Assembly: GCA_965212015.1 (NCBI GenBank)
Contig: OZ243037.1
Location: 1,632,001 to 1,696,000 of the forward strand
Source of the DNA: Cenarchaeum sp.
Lineage (GTDB): Archaea > Thermoproteota > Nitrososphaeria > Nitrososphaerales > Nitrosopumilaceae
DNA length: 64,000 nt
Direction of reading: 5' to 3'
Shown here in pieces: positions 19,081 to 29,633 of the stretch (within the stretch, counting starts at the first letter, position 1; each line of letters opens with the position of its first letter). The notes below the pieces were generated by a model, which was not told the DNA's origin, did no database searches, and saw nothing but the letters and a program-made list of their open reading frames with translations. A program made the position numbers and the translations under genes.

Positions 19081-20094
19081 TCACGCCCTTGCGACCTTTA
19101 TCAGATCCGAGATTTTGATGTTCATCCCGAACCGGTCCTCGTGCCTTTTCATGTACATGAATATGGCCAAAAAGTCCGGCATTGATTTTATAATGTTAAA
19201 GTTCCCGCGAATCTTTGCCCTGACAAAGTTGAACACCTTTGCATACACCCTGTAGTGCTTCTCCACTGCCCTTTCGTATGCCTTGTAATCGTGCATGTTC
19301 TCCAAAAAGATCTCTACGCACTGCATCGACGGGATTATCCCCTCGCCTAGCAGGGCGTATACCGTCCCGATGGACTCGCCGACGCCGACTACCTTGCCTG
19401 AATAGTACGGCTTGCACCTGTCCGGCGTGGCAAGCCTTATCGGCCTGCCCTTGGTGGCCAGAATCCTGCCGCCGTGCTTTTTTATAAAGTCGTCAGTGGC
19501 CTTTATGTGGTTTTTGTTGTAATCGCCTGCGCCCACGTGGGCCCATTTCTCGCCTAGCGGAAAGTACCAGAAATACCCGGACATGCCGGGAAACGGCTCT
19601 ATGTAAAAGTCGTCGTACGGCAGCCCGCCGTCGTACTCTACCTTGTACTCGTACGTGGGTAGAAAAAAATCCTCGGCGATCTTTGGCAGGTACGCCCTGT
19701 GAAAACCGGTACAGTCAACTATCATGTCGTATTTTTTTTCCAGCTCCTCCAGCTTTGGGGACTCGCCGTATACGACGTTGCAGTCCTTGACAAAGTCCCG
19801 GATCAGCGCAAGCTTGTCGTACGTGCACAGCCCCTTTAGCCCAATGTCGAACTTTACATCACCGTCCATCCTGACGTGCATGCTCTTGCCGTCGTGTATG
19901 ACAAAGTCCTTGAAATCGCGGCCGGCCCTGCTGCAAAACCCCTCCAGCTCCCCCCTGATGGTCCCCCACGCACAGATCGAGTCGTGGCGCTCTAGCGGGG
20001 CGCGCTCGTATCCGGTTACCGTGTGTTCAGAGTCTTGCAGTCTTGCCATGGCGTATGATCCCGCCACTCCCATACCCATCACTGCGATATTCAA
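19081..20094 (-). CDS. FAD-dependent oxidoreductase, geranylgeranyl reductase family
   Basis: GMGVAG Rossmann motif, GYFWYFP and VGESIG...GEGI. Confidence 0.85.
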   Translation of the reverse strand: MNIAVMGMGVAGSYAMARLQDSEHTVTGYERAPLERHDSICAWGTIRGELEGFCSRAGRDFKDFVIHDGKSMHVRMDGDVKFDIGLKGLCTYDKLALIRDFVKDCNVVYGESPKLEELEKKYDMIVDCTGFHRAYLPKIAEDFFLPTYEYKVEYDGGLPYDDFYIEPFPGMSGYFWYFPLGEKWAHVGAGDYNKNHIKATDDFIKKHGGRILATKGRPIRLATPDRCKPYYSGKVVGVGESIGTVYALLGEGIIPSMQCVEIFLENMHDYKAYERAVEKHYRVYAKVFNFVRAKIRGNFNIIKSMPDFLAIFMYMKRHEDRFGMNIKISDLIKVARA

Positions 20095-20131
20095 CGCGTG
20101 ATACGTGGGATTCATGCCCAATAAATAGGAT

Positions 20132-20356
20132 TTAGTCGCCGGCCGAACCGTGCGTCCATTTTGCTGCAACCGGAACGCCGGAGCGCTTGTCGTAATAGTC
20201 CATTATTACGTGAAACACAATCAGCTTTGCAAATATGACGGCTGCAATCAGCGCTATTATTGGCATTCCAAGATAGAGTAGATATCCCGTCACCCCGGCG
20301 GCTGTGGCCGACTCTAGGCCGGTGCACGTGCACAAAAACAAAAGCCTGCTTGCCAT
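20132..20356 (-). CDS. Small membrane protein
   Basis: 74-aa frame from ATG 20356 with two hydrophobic helices. Confidence 0.45.
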   Translation of the reverse strand: MASRLLFLCTCTGLESATAAGVTGYLLYLGMPIIALIAAVIFAKLIVFHVIMDYYDKRSGVPVAAKWTHGSAGD

Positions 20357-20489
20357 GGCGCCGTTACGCCGCCAAAACATTTCAAGTTTTATCCAACTTG
20401 CGAATACGCGCATGACTGGCGGCTGCGGCCGGCGGCGCGGTTCTGCTGCAAACAGATACCCTTTTTTCTGAGGCGCGCCAATACACCGC

Positions 20490-20789
20490 ATGGGGATTTT
20501 GTCGGGCTTTGGGCGGGATTTGGATGCGGCAAAAAAAACCAAGGCCGCGCAGATAAACGGCCGGCACCTCAAGGGCCTGCTAAAAAAGCTCAAAGAACAG
20601 AGGGATCTGGAGGAGGCAAGGACCGGAATCAGGCCGGAGATAGACTCGACCACACAGACGTTCATGCAAAAGATACTCGACGTCTGGATTCGGGAGGGCA
20701 GGCGCATAGACGAGGAAAGGTTCTGGACCGAAGTCGATCACAACAGGCAGTTTGGGCACCCCGTAGAGTATTACGAGCGCAGGGCCTAG
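20490..20789 (+). CDS. Hypothetical protein
   Basis: 99-aa ORF filling the gap; protein-like composition. Confidence 0.65.
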   Translation: MGILSGFGRDLDAAKKTKAAQINGRHLKGLLKKLKEQRDLEEARTGIRPEIDSTTQTFMQKILDVWIREGRRIDEERFWTEVDHNRQFGHPVEYYERRA

Positions 20790-21592
20790 CGCTTTTTGAG
20801 CCATTTTGCGACAAGCTCGTTTGCAAGCTTTGCCGCATCGGTGTCGCGCCTCACTGCCTCGCGGTTGAGCTTTCTTGCGTTTGTCTTTGAGAGCGTTATC
20901 GGGATCTTTTGCCTGATGGCAATCTTTTTCATCCTCTTGAGGATGGTCTTGTGCGAGGATTTGGGGCTTGACGCAAGAACCCTGAGATACCTCTTTCTTG
21001 ACGGCGAGTCAAGCTTTGTTATCCTTTCTGCAATCCTTGTGGCCTTTGCGATGTTTGGCACGGCCTGGTACAGCTTTGTCGCCTCGTCCCTTGATATCGT
21101 CCTTGGCACCAGATCCTTTATCCTGTCTGGCACGCCGGCAAAGCCGAGGTACTTGTTGAGCGTAAAGTACGTGATTCCAAGGTGCTTTGCCGCCTTTAGC
21201 TTGCCCATCCTTTCTGTCAGGATCGTGGCGGCGTCTATAATGTCCCTGTTGTGCATGTCGTTTCTGTGAATGTTTTCAACTACGGATGCGGCCTTTGCCT
21301 CCTCAAGGGACATTTCTGAGTGCTTTTTGAGCACGTGGACGTGCATTTTTTTTGCGTGCAGCCTCTTCATGGCGGCAAGCCTTCTCTGGCCGGACATGAG
21401 CAGGTACTCGTTTTTCGAGATTTTCTGCACCAGCGGGGGATTGAGCAGGCCGTCGTTTTTTATGGATTTTACAAGCTCGGATATGTTTTCCCTGTCAAGC
21501 TTTCTTGCCTGCGCCTCCTTCCACACGGTTATCTGCTTTAGGGGAATCTCGCGCATAACGTACGATATCTTTGGAACGAATTTTTTTGCCAA
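20786..21592 (-). CDS. ParB/Srx-domain protein with HTH and C-terminal RHH-like segment
   Basis: LVKSIKNDGLLNPPLV, SGQRRLAA and ENIHR motifs. Confidence 0.85.
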   Translation of the reverse strand: MAKKFVPKISYVMREIPLKQITVWKEAQARKLDRENISELVKSIKNDGLLNPPLVQKISKNEYLLMSGQRRLAAMKRLHAKKMHVHVLKKHSEMSLEEAKAASVVENIHRNDMHNRDIIDAATILTERMGKLKAAKHLGITYFTLNKYLGFAGVPDRIKDLVPRTISRDEATKLYQAVPNIAKATRIAERITKLDSPSRKRYLRVLASSPKSSHKTILKRMKKIAIRQKIPITLSKTNARKLNREAVRRDTDAAKLANELVAKWLKKR

Positions 21593-21769
21593 CTCTGTTT
21601 TGCTCCGACCGGATGTCTCTTAAGTTTTTCTAAGCATTTTTCCCGCCCGGTGCGCGCGCATGTCTGCGCCAAATGCCTGCGCCTGCGGCAGATGCCGCCT
21701 GCCGTCACGGCACATGCCGGCCGGTTTTCCATCTACTGTTATATTTGGGTGCAAAAACGCATTAATCAA

Positions 21770-22117
21770 ATGGGCAACATGATTACTCAGCGTCTGGCAT
21801 ACGACCTCAAAAAGGCATCAAGAAGCAACGATGCGCCAATCTGGTCAAGGCTCTCAAAGCTTGCCCTAAAGCCGGCCAGATCAAAAAGGGCGCTAAACCT
21901 CAAAAAGATAGCGCAGCTTAGCAAGGACGGCGACGTCATTGTGGTTCCAGGCAAGGTCCTCGGCACGGGAAGCATGCCGCATAAAATCACCATTTCGTCG
22001 TTTTCGATATCCAACGCCGCTGCTGGCAAGATTTTGGAATCCGGCGGCGAGATTATCAGCTTTGAGGAGATGACAAAAAAGTTTCCCACCGGCAAGGGGG
22101 TGCTTTTGCTTGGCTGA
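21770..22117 (+). CDS. rpl18e: 50S ribosomal protein L18e
   Basis: APIW and VVPGKVLGTG motifs. Confidence 0.93.
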   Translation: MGNMITQRLAYDLKKASRSNDAPIWSRLSKLALKPARSKRALNLKKIAQLSKDGDVIVVPGKVLGTGSMPHKITISSFSISNAAAGKILESGGEIISFEEMTKKFPTGKGVLLLG

Positions 22118-22565
22118 GCAGGAGGTAAGGACTGACAGGCCTGTGGTGGTAGATGCCACCGATCACATCGCCGGAAGGCTGGCATCCCACGTGGCCAAGC
22201 TGCTGTTGCAGGGAAACAGGGTGTCGATAATCAACTGCGAGAGGATTATGATCAGCGGAAGCAGGTCGAATATAATCGGGGAATACAGGGAATTTTTAGA
22301 GATATCCAGCATCATACATCCGGAGCACGGGCCGTACCATCCAAGAAGGCCTGACACGATAATTACAAGGATGATTCGGGGCATGCTGCCAAGAAAAAAG
22401 ACGTCCGGCCGCGAGGCCCACAAAAGGCTGCGCGCATATATCGGCACCCCGAGGAACCTCGGGACGTCTGAGAGAATCCAGTTTGAAAAGGCAAAGATCA
22501 CGCGACCGCCTACCAACTATACCACGATGGAGAACCTCGGCGAGACGGTGGGGTGGACCAGATGA
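22110..22565 (+). CDS. rpl13: 50S ribosomal protein L13
   Basis: GRLASHVAK and RGMLP motifs. Confidence 0.95.
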   Translation: MAEQEVRTDRPVVVDATDHIAGRLASHVAKLLLQGNRVSIINCERIMISGSRSNIIGEYREFLEISSIIHPEHGPYHPRRPDTIITRMIRGMLPRKKTSGREAHKRLRAYIGTPRNLGTSERIQFEKAKITRPPTNYTTMENLGETVGWTR

Positions 22566-23011
22566 CGGTTCCCAAGACGGACATTTATTTTGCCACCCGA
22601 AAGGCATCCAGCGCGCACGTACACATCACAAAGGGCATCGGCAAGGTGCGCATCAACAACATTCCAGTGGAGATGATCGGACAAGAGTCGGCGCGCGAGG
22701 CAATCATGGTGCCGCTGGAAATAGCCGGCGACGTCAGAAACAAGATTGACATCTCTGTGCGCGTGCGCGGAGGGGGGTTCATGGGGCAGGCAAGCGCGAC
22801 TGCCACTGCGATTTCAAGGTCGATGATAGGATGGACAAAGTCAAAAAAGGATCCAAAGGATCATCCGCTGTCTAAATCAATACGCGAGGATCTCAGGAAA
22901 AGAATCGGCGAGTTTGACAAGTATCTCATAAGCGGCGACGCCCGGAGAAAAGAGTCAAAAAAGTTTGGCGGACCTGGGGCAAGACGAAGAAAGCAGAAAT
23001 CCTACCGTTAG
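22562..23011 (+). CDS. rps9: 30S ribosomal protein S9
   Basis: VRGGGFMGQ and GPGARRRKQKSYR motifs. Confidence 0.96.
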   Translation: MTVPKTDIYFATRKASSAHVHITKGIGKVRINNIPVEMIGQESAREAIMVPLEIAGDVRNKIDISVRVRGGGFMGQASATATAISRSMIGWTKSKKDPKDHPLSKSIREDLRKRIGEFDKYLISGDARRKESKKFGGPGARRRKQKSYR

Positions 23012-23014
23012 AAA

Positions 23015-23779
23015 GTGAAAGCTGTAATTTTGGCCGGTGGAAAGGGTACGCGGGCAAAGCCGTACACGGATTTTTTCCCAAAGTCGATGATTCCAATCGG
23101 CGACAGGCCGGTAATCGCCCACCTTGTGGATTTTCTGCGCTCAAGCAGTGCCGTCGGCGAGATAATAATCCTGACTGATCTGGCAGGATACGGGGGCCAG
23201 ATTCGGAACTATTTCCGGGGGCGCCCGGGCAGGATCTCGTTTGTCCAGGACTCTGGTCTGGGCACGGGGGGCGACTTGCTGTGCCTCTCGCCGAAGCTAA
23301 AGGGGCGGGGCGAGTTTTTGCTGTGGTTTGCAGACAATCTGTGCCGCATTGACGTCTCAAAGATGCTAGAGCACCATGTAAAAAAACAGGGCATGGCGTG
23401 CATTGCCACCAGATCCGCCAGAAGAGAAGAGACCGGCTTTGCCATAATAGACGACGGGATGATAACGGAATTCCGAGAAAAGCCAGAGATTCAAATGCGC
23501 ATGTCCGAATGCCTCGGCATCTATGTGCTGTCAGCAGGAATTCTGGACGTGATCAGGGCAAAATCCGGCACGCGGCCTGTAAACCTGTCATATGACATAC
23601 TTGAGGGCCTCTCAAAAAAGGGCCAGGTCAGCGCGTACGATATAGGGGCGGCCCCCTGGATTGACGCAGAATCCCCGGTGGTCCTTGCCCGGAACAAGCC
23701 CACAGTCGACAAAATCATAAGACAGATGGGACGCCGGTCCTCTTCTCAAAGCCGGATATCGCATCCTCGTACTGCATAG
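23015..23779 (+). CDS. Sugar-phosphate nucleotidyltransferase family protein
   Basis: ILAGGKGTR..PK, LGTGG and FREKP motifs. Confidence 0.88.
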   Translation: MKAVILAGGKGTRAKPYTDFFPKSMIPIGDRPVIAHLVDFLRSSSAVGEIIILTDLAGYGGQIRNYFRGRPGRISFVQDSGLGTGGDLLCLSPKLKGRGEFLLWFADNLCRIDVSKMLEHHVKKQGMACIATRSARREETGFAIIDDGMITEFREKPEIQMRMSECLGIYVLSAGILDVIRAKSGTRPVNLSYDILEGLSKKGQVSAYDIGAAPWIDAESPVVLARNKPTVDKIIRQMGRRSSSQSRISHPRTA

Positions 23780-24296
23780 TCTGCGTAATGTCATCCAGTC
23801 CCCCAAGCAGCATCTTTTTTTTGTCTGCGTCGATCTCAAAGGGAATAGTTTCTGCGCCGGCAGTAATAGTCTGCCCCTCCAGGTCCACGCCCACCGTACC
23901 GCAGTCCCGGAGGCGCCTTATTTTTTCGCGACCCAGCACTATTGGAAGAATCCCGTTTTTGAGACAGTTGCTGTAGAAAATGTCGGCAAACGACGGGGCG
24001 ATAACCACGCAAAAGCCATAGTCGCGCAGCGCCCATACTGCGTGCTCGCGGCTCGAGCCGCACCCAAAGTTCTCGCCTGCGGCCAGAATCCTGGATCCGC
24101 CATACCTCGGATCGTTTAGCACAAAGCCGGGATCCGGATTCCCGTCGCCGTCGTACCTCCAGTTAAAGAACAGATATTTTCCAAAGCCGGACTTTGTGAT
24201 CAGCTTTAGGAACTGTTTTGGAATTATCTGGTCGGTATCCACGTTTACCTTGTCCAGCGGGGTTACCACACTTGAGACGCTGCAAAACGGCTCCAT
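23715..24296 (-). CDS. leuD: 3-isopropylmalate dehydratase small subunit (bacterial-type)
   Basis: [24 protein letters not shown] and GLDDI motifs. Confidence 0.93.
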   Translation of the reverse strand: MEPFCSVSSVVTPLDKVNVDTDQIIPKQFLKLITKSGFGKYLFFNWRYDGDGNPDPGFVLNDPRYGGSRILAAGENFGCGSSREHAVWALRDYGFCVVIAPSFADIFYSNCLKNGILPIVLGREKIRRLRDCGTVGVDLEGQTITAGAETIPFEIDADKKKMLLGGLDDITQTMQYEDAISGFEKRTGVPSVL

Positions 24297-25702
24297 CAGT
24301 CCATCTCCCTGACGTCCACAAAGTGCCCGTGTATGGCAGCAGCTGCTGCCATTACCGGACTTACCAGGTGCGTCCTTCCGCCTGCACCCTGCCTTCCCTC
24401 AAAGTTGCGGTTCGACGTGCTTGCGCACCTCTGGCCTGACGACAGGACGTCGGGGTTCATTCCAAGACACATGCTGCAGCCTGACTCGCGCCACTCGAAT
24501 CCCGCATCGACAAATATCCTGGCTATTCCCATCTCCTCTGCCCGTCTTTTGACCTCCTGGGAGCCTGGCACCACCATCGCCCTTACGCCGGGTGCCACTT
24601 TTTTGCCCCTTACCATCTTGGAGGCGTCAAGCAGGTCTTCTAGCCTTGCGTTGGTGCACGATCCTATAAAGACCCGGTCGATGCCAATCTCAGTCATCGG
24701 TGTTCCCGCAGTAAGGTCCATGTATTGGAGGGCCTTTCGGGCCCCGTCCTGCCGGCCCGGATCATCTGAATACTCTGCCGGCTCTGGTATAATGCCGGTC
24801 ACATCGCACGTCATTCCCGGACTCGTCCCCCAGCTTACCTGCGGCGCCATGTCATCGACGCGCAGCGCAAACGTCTTTTCAAAGCTTGCCCCGCCATCGG
24901 TGGCGAGATCCTCCCTCCAGCGGTCCACTAGCTCCTCATAGTTTGCAGGCGTATACTGTCTTGCCCGGAGGTACTCGTAGGTCTTTTCGTCTGGTGCAAT
25001 CAGCCCGGCACGCGCGCCTGCCTCGATGGACATGTTGCATACGGTCATTCTCTGCTCCATTGAAAGGTCCCTTATGGCCTCGCCGCGGTACTCTATTACG
25101 GTGCCCGTCCCGCCGGCCGTGCCGATGCGCCTTATCACCGACAGGATGATGTCCTTTGCCGTGACGGCAAACGGGTTTTTTCTTTTCCCCTCTATTCTGA
25201 TCTCAAAGGGCTTTAGCTTTTCCATCCATATGGTCTGAGTCGCCAGCACGTGCTCGACGTCGCTTGTCCCGATTCCAAAGGCAAGCGCGCCAAAGGCGCC
25301 CTGCGTTGATGTGTGGCTGTCGCCGCAGACTATGGTGGTCCCCGGCAGCGTTATGCCCAGCTGCGGGCCGATGACGTGCACTATGCCCTGGTTGGCGCTG
25401 TCTGCGCCAAACAGCCTTATTCCAAAATCCCGGCAGTTCTTCTCTAGCGCCCTCATCTGGACTGAGGCGTCCTGATCCACTATGGGCAGGGATCTGTCTG
25501 CAGTCGGGATGATGTGGTCCATCGTGGCTATTGTGAGATCCGTCCTGCGCACCGTTCTGTTGCCTGCGCGCAGCCCGTCGAATGCCTGCGGCGAGGTCAC
25601 CTCGTGTATCAGGTGCCTGTCCACGTACAGCAGGGCCGGCCCGTCCTTTTTTTGCGCCACCACGTGCGAGTCCCAAATTTTTTCGTAAAGCGTCCGGGCC
25701 AT
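24296..25702 (-). CDS. leuC: 3-isopropylmalate dehydratase large subunit (bacterial-type)
   Basis: [22 protein letters not shown] and [11 protein letters not shown] motifs. Confidence 0.95.
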   Translation of the reverse strand: MARTLYEKIWDSHVVAQKKDGPALLYVDRHLIHEVTSPQAFDGLRAGNRTVRRTDLTIATMDHIIPTADRSLPIVDQDASVQMRALEKNCRDFGIRLFGADSANQGIVHVIGPQLGITLPGTTIVCGDSHTSTQGAFGALAFGIGTSDVEHVLATQTIWMEKLKPFEIRIEGKRKNPFAVTAKDIILSVIRRIGTAGGTGTVIEYRGEAIRDLSMEQRMTVCNMSIEAGARAGLIAPDEKTYEYLRARQYTPANYEELVDRWREDLATDGGASFEKTFALRVDDMAPQVSWGTSPGMTCDVTGIIPEPAEYSDDPGRQDGARKALQYMDLTAGTPMTEIGIDRVFIGSCTNARLEDLLDASKMVRGKKVAPGVRAMVVPGSQEVKRRAEEMGIARIFVDAGFEWRESGCSMCLGMNPDVLSSGQRCASTSNRNFEGRQGAGGRTHLVSPVMAAAAAIHGHFVDVREMD

Positions 25703-25706
25703 GATT

Positions 25707-26192
25707 CTATTCTGGTTTGAATTTAAAAAGGCCGCCTGCCTCTATTATCTTTGCAATTATCTCTGCGAACGGCCTTATGGGGTATGACTCGTCCTTGGTC
25801 AGGTTAACTATGGTGCCCCTTTTTATGTCGACGTCCAGCTCGTCACCGTCTGAGATTGACTCGTATGTCCGCCTGTCTACCTCGACTGGCAGCAGATACG
25901 CCCCGTCCACGGAATTCCTGTAAAAGATTCTGGCAAAGGACACGGCGATTACGGCCTTTATTCCGGAATGCGCAAGCGCAATCGGCGCGTGCTCGCGGCT
26001 CGAGCCGCACCCAAAGTTCTTTCCGGCCAGGACAAAGTCGGCCCCCTTGGCCTTTGCGTGAAAGTCGGGATCCAGCCCCTCCATTGCGTGCGATGCCAGC
26101 TCTGCATAGTCGTGAATCTTGAGGTACGTGCCGGGGATTATGACGTCCGTGTCGATATTGTCCTGCTCGTACTTTATTACCCTGCCCTTCAA
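25707..26192 (-). CDS. Isopropylmalate/homoaconitate dehydratase small subunit (archaeal-type)
   Basis: [21 protein letters not shown] and IIEAGGL motifs. Confidence 0.9.
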   Translation of the reverse strand: MKGRVIKYEQDNIDTDVIIPGTYLKIHDYAELASHAMEGLDPDFHAKAKGADFVLAGKNFGCGSSREHAPIALAHSGIKAVIAVSFARIFYRNSVDGAYLLPVEVDRRTYESISDGDELDVDIKRGTIVNLTKDESYPIRPFAEIIAKIIEAGGLFKFKPE

Positions 26193-27454
26193 TCCAAATC
26201 CCTCGGATCCGTTATCCTTCCGGTGACTGCGGATGCTGCGGCCACCAGCGGGGACGCAAGGTACGTCTGCGAGTCGACGTGGCCCATCCTTCCCGGAAAG
26301 TTCCTGTTGGTGGTGCTAATGCAGATCTCGTCTTTGGCCAGCACCCCCATGTGCGCGCCGCAGCATGCGCCGCACGTGGGCGGCCCTACTGTGGCACCTG
26401 CGTCAAGGAAGATCTTTACCAGCCCGTCCTCCACTGCCTTTTTGTATATTGAAATCGCCGCAGGCAGGATCTCGGTTCTGATCTTTACGGTGCGTCCCTT
26501 GAGAATACTGGCTGCCGCCTCCAGGTCGACTGTTTTTGCGCCGGTGCACGAGCCGATGTACGCCTTGTCCAGCTCGACGGACGGCGACTCCCTGGCAGTA
26601 ACGATGTTTTGCGGCGAGAACGGCTTTGCAACGACGGGCTCCATCTCTGATGCCTCGTACTCTACGGTCTCGTCGTACTGGCCGTCGCCGTAAACCGGCT
26701 CCATTCCGGCCGCGCCGCGCTCCTCCAGATAGTCCAGCGTCTTTTGATCCGGCTCGATTATGCCGTTTTTTGCGCCCGCCTCTGTCGTCATGTTTGTAAG
26801 CGTGAGGCGCTCTTCTATTGACATTTCAGAGACGGCGCTGCCGCCAAACTGCATCGTCCTGTATGCGCCGCCGTCGGTCCCAATGTCCCCTATTATCCTT
26901 AGAATGAGATCCTTTGCCATCACGTGTCCGGGCAGCTTGCCGTTTATCTTGAAGAATACGGTCTCTGGCACCTTGAACCAGATCCGCCCGTTGAGCAGCA
27001 CGTACGCCATGTCGGTGTGTCCCAGGCCGCATGCAAACGCGCCGAGGGCACCTGTCGTGTTGGTGTGCGAGTCGCCCCCCACATACACCTGTCCGGGCAG
27101 CACCAATGCCTCCTCGTGCGAGAGGGTGTGGCAAATCCCGTACTGGCCCATCCCGTACTTGAAGTGCCTCTCAATGCCGTATTTTTTGGAGAAATCCTGC
27201 AGCATTACAATGTTTTGCGCCGATATCTTTTCGGCGGACGGAACAAAGTGATCTTCTGCAATCCATACCCTGGAGGCGTCCCATAGCCGCTCCGTGCTGA
27301 TTCCCTGCTTTTGCAGCCTGTCAAAGACCTTGATTACGCCGGGTCCCGACACGTCGTGCACCATTGCAGTGTCCACGTCGGCAAAGACCACGTCGTCTGG
27401 GGAGACCCTGCTCCTGCCCGACGCCCGGGCTAGAATCTTTTCTGTAATGTTCAT
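26189..27454 (-). CDS. Isopropylmalate/homoaconitate dehydratase large subunit (archaeal-type)
   Basis: GSCT, CGACCG and TNRNFPGRMG motifs. Confidence 0.92.
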   Translation of the reverse strand: MNITEKILARASGRSRVSPDDVVFADVDTAMVHDVSGPGVIKVFDRLQKQGISTERLWDASRVWIAEDHFVPSAEKISAQNIVMLQDFSKKYGIERHFKYGMGQYGICHTLSHEEALVLPGQVYVGGDSHTNTTGALGAFACGLGHTDMAYVLLNGRIWFKVPETVFFKINGKLPGHVMAKDLILRIIGDIGTDGGAYRTMQFGGSAVSEMSIEERLTLTNMTTEAGAKNGIIEPDQKTLDYLEERGAAGMEPVYGDGQYDETVEYEASEMEPVVAKPFSPQNIVTARESPSVELDKAYIGSCTGAKTVDLEAAASILKGRTVKIRTEILPAAISIYKKAVEDGLVKIFLDAGATVGPPTCGACCGAHMGVLAKDEICISTTNRNFPGRMGHVDSQTYLASPLVAAASAVTGRITDPRDLD

Positions 27455-27557
27455 GACGCAAAAAACGCTTTTAGAGATTTAAAAGTTTCAAAAGAACGGC
27501 GCTTCAAACTGCGCCTCAAAGGTAACGTTTAATTCGGAATCAAAAATCCCGTACCGT

Positions 27558-28007
27558 ATGGGAAGACTTCACTCGCACAGACACGGCAAGTCCCACTCCA
27601 TAAGGCCCGTCAAGCCGGTGGCACCGTCGTGGGTGACGCAGAGTACGGCTGAAATCGAGGATTTGGTGGCAAAATACGCTAAAGACGGCCTCTCGCCGAG
27701 CCAAATCGGCATAAAGCTGCGAGACCAGCACTCCATTCCGCTAATAAAACTAGTCGCCAAAAAACCAATGTCCGTGATTCTCAGGGAAAAAAAACTAGAG
27801 CCTGAAATGCCCGAGGATCTGGGCAACATTGTAAAAAAGGCCGTGGGTCTTCAGAGGCACCTCAAGGCAAACAAGGGGGACAGGCGAAACGTCCGCTCCC
27901 TTGAGCTAATAGAGGCAAAGGTGCACAGGCTGGCAGTATACTATAAAAGAATCGGCAAGATTCCGAAAACCTGGAAGTACAAGTCCGTGGTGGCACAGCT
28001 AGAGTAA
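27558..28007 (+). CDS. rps15: 30S ribosomal protein S15 (S13e-type)
   Basis: MGRLHS, PSQIGIKLRD and PEDL motifs. Confidence 0.96.
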   Translation: MGRLHSHRHGKSHSIRPVKPVAPSWVTQSTAEIEDLVAKYAKDGLSPSQIGIKLRDQHSIPLIKLVAKKPMSVILREKKLEPEMPEDLGNIVKKAVGLQRHLKANKGDRRNVRSLELIEAKVHRLAVYYKRIGKIPKTWKYKSVVAQLE

Positions 28008-29425
28008 TGCCGCAAAACCTTGGCGAGTCCCTGTCGTATTTTGCAGACCGCATATCAGAGTGCGTAAAGTCAAAAAAATCCATATCCGTGGCCACGCACA
28101 TCGACTGCGACGGCCTGACTTCGGGCGGCATAATTACAAAGGCACTCATCAGGGCCGGAGCAAACTGTACGGTCTCGACTTACAAAGAGTTCAATCCCGC
28201 AGTCATAAAAAGTCTTGGGGATGATTCCAGGGACTTTCACGTGATTACGGATCTGGGCGCCGGATTTTCCGGCGAGCTTGACGCGCAGCTGGGTGACGAC
28301 TGGATTGTGCTTGACCACCACCAGACGGCAGACGGCGACGAGGAGAGCCAAAAAATGATCAACGCGTGGAAGTTTGGCATCGACGGGGGCACGGAGGTGT
28401 GCGCCGGCGGCATGGCGTACCTTGCGGCAACAGCACTAGACGAGAAAAACTCTGATCTGTCGGCAGTCGCAATAGTGTCGGCGCTGGGAGACCGGCAGGA
28501 TCAGGGCGAAAAAAAATCATTCACCGGCAAGAACCTAGAGATTGCACAGACTGCAAAGGGCCTAGGACTGGTGGACATTGATTTGGATCTGCTGCTAGTC
28601 GGGCGCGAGACGAGGCCGCTTCCGGACGCGCTTGCATTCACATCGCAGCCGTTCATCGAGGGCCTGACGTGGAACAGGGACGCGTGCCTGGCACTGCTGG
28701 ACTCGTCACAGGTAAAGCTAAAGGACGGCGGACGGTGGCGCGTTGCAGCCGAGCTCTCAAAGGAGGAGAAAAACATGGTAATCGAGTCGATTGCAGGATA
28801 CGTCTCTGGAAAAAACGCAACGGAAATAATGGCAGAATTAATCGGATACACGTACACGTTTCCAAGGGAGGACGAGCGGAGTTTTCTGAGGGACGGCAGG
28901 GAGTTCTCAACCATGCTCAACTCGTGCGGCAGAATCGGCAAGGCCGGAGTCGGAATCGCCGTGTGCATGGGCGACAGAAACAAGATGCTTCAGGAGGGCG
29001 AGGGAATCCTGGCAGAGTACAGGAGGATGATACGGGACCACATGAACAAGCTGTCAGCGGAGCGCTGGAGGATATCGGAGGGGACGTCCTGTGTGATGGT
29101 AAACGGCCAGGGGGTGGTTCCCGAGACCATGACTGGCACCATCTCGTCTCTGATTGCCGGATCCCCGAAAAACTCCGGCAAGATAGTGATTCTGAGGGCC
29201 GACGGCGAGCAGGGGACCGTAAAGTTCTCGTCTAGAAAGTCATTTGGCTGCAGGTACGACGTCAATCTCAGCGATTTGATGAGGGATGGCGCTGCCAAGT
29301 TTGCCGGCATAGGCGGGGGACATGCGGCAGCGGCCGGGGCCAAAATAACTAAAGACAAATTGGACGGATTCCTGGACTATCTGGAGGCAAATGTCGTTAA
29401 CATGCAAGGTCCGGATAGTTCTTGA
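28007..29425 (+). CDS. DHH/DHHA1 phosphoesterase (RecJ-like)
   Basis: HIDCDG, TDLG, LDHH and GGGHAAAAG motifs. Confidence 0.92.
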   Translation: MPQNLGESLSYFADRISECVKSKKSISVATHIDCDGLTSGGIITKALIRAGANCTVSTYKEFNPAVIKSLGDDSRDFHVITDLGAGFSGELDAQLGDDWIVLDHHQTADGDEESQKMINAWKFGIDGGTEVCAGGMAYLAATALDEKNSDLSAVAIVSALGDRQDQGEKKSFTGKNLEIAQTAKGLGLVDIDLDLLLVGRETRPLPDALAFTSQPFIEGLTWNRDACLALLDSSQVKLKDGGRWRVAAELSKEEKNMVIESIAGYVSGKNATEIMAELIGYTYTFPREDERSFLRDGREFSTMLNSCGRIGKAGVGIAVCMGDRNKMLQEGEGILAEYRRMIRDHMNKLSAERWRISEGTSCVMVNGQGVVPETMTGTISSLIAGSPKNSGKIVILRADGEQGTVKFSSRKSFGCRYDVNLSDLMRDGAAKFAGIGGGHAAAAGAKITKDKLDGFLDYLEANVVNMQGPDSS

Positions 29426-29633
29426 TGACATGCCCAGAAAAAGGGCGCTTGCGGTACAAAGGGCGCTGGCGCCTGACAATGTGGACTTTCCAGAAAACCT
29501 GACGATGCGGATGGAAAATACTGATAACAAGCTGGTGCTTTACTTTGAGGCGACAGACAGCATGAAGTCGCTAATATCCACCATAGACGAGGTCCTAGAG
29601 CACGTGCAGGTCTCCGTGACGGTGACGAAATAA
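29391..29633 (+). CDS. pcc1: KEOPS complex subunit Pcc1
   Basis: ALAPDN...SLISTID pattern; position between DHH gene and serS. Confidence 0.75.
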   Translation: MSLTCKVRIVLDDMPRKRALAVQRALAPDNVDFPENLTMRMENTDNKLVLYFEATDSMKSLISTIDEVLEHVQVSVTVTK

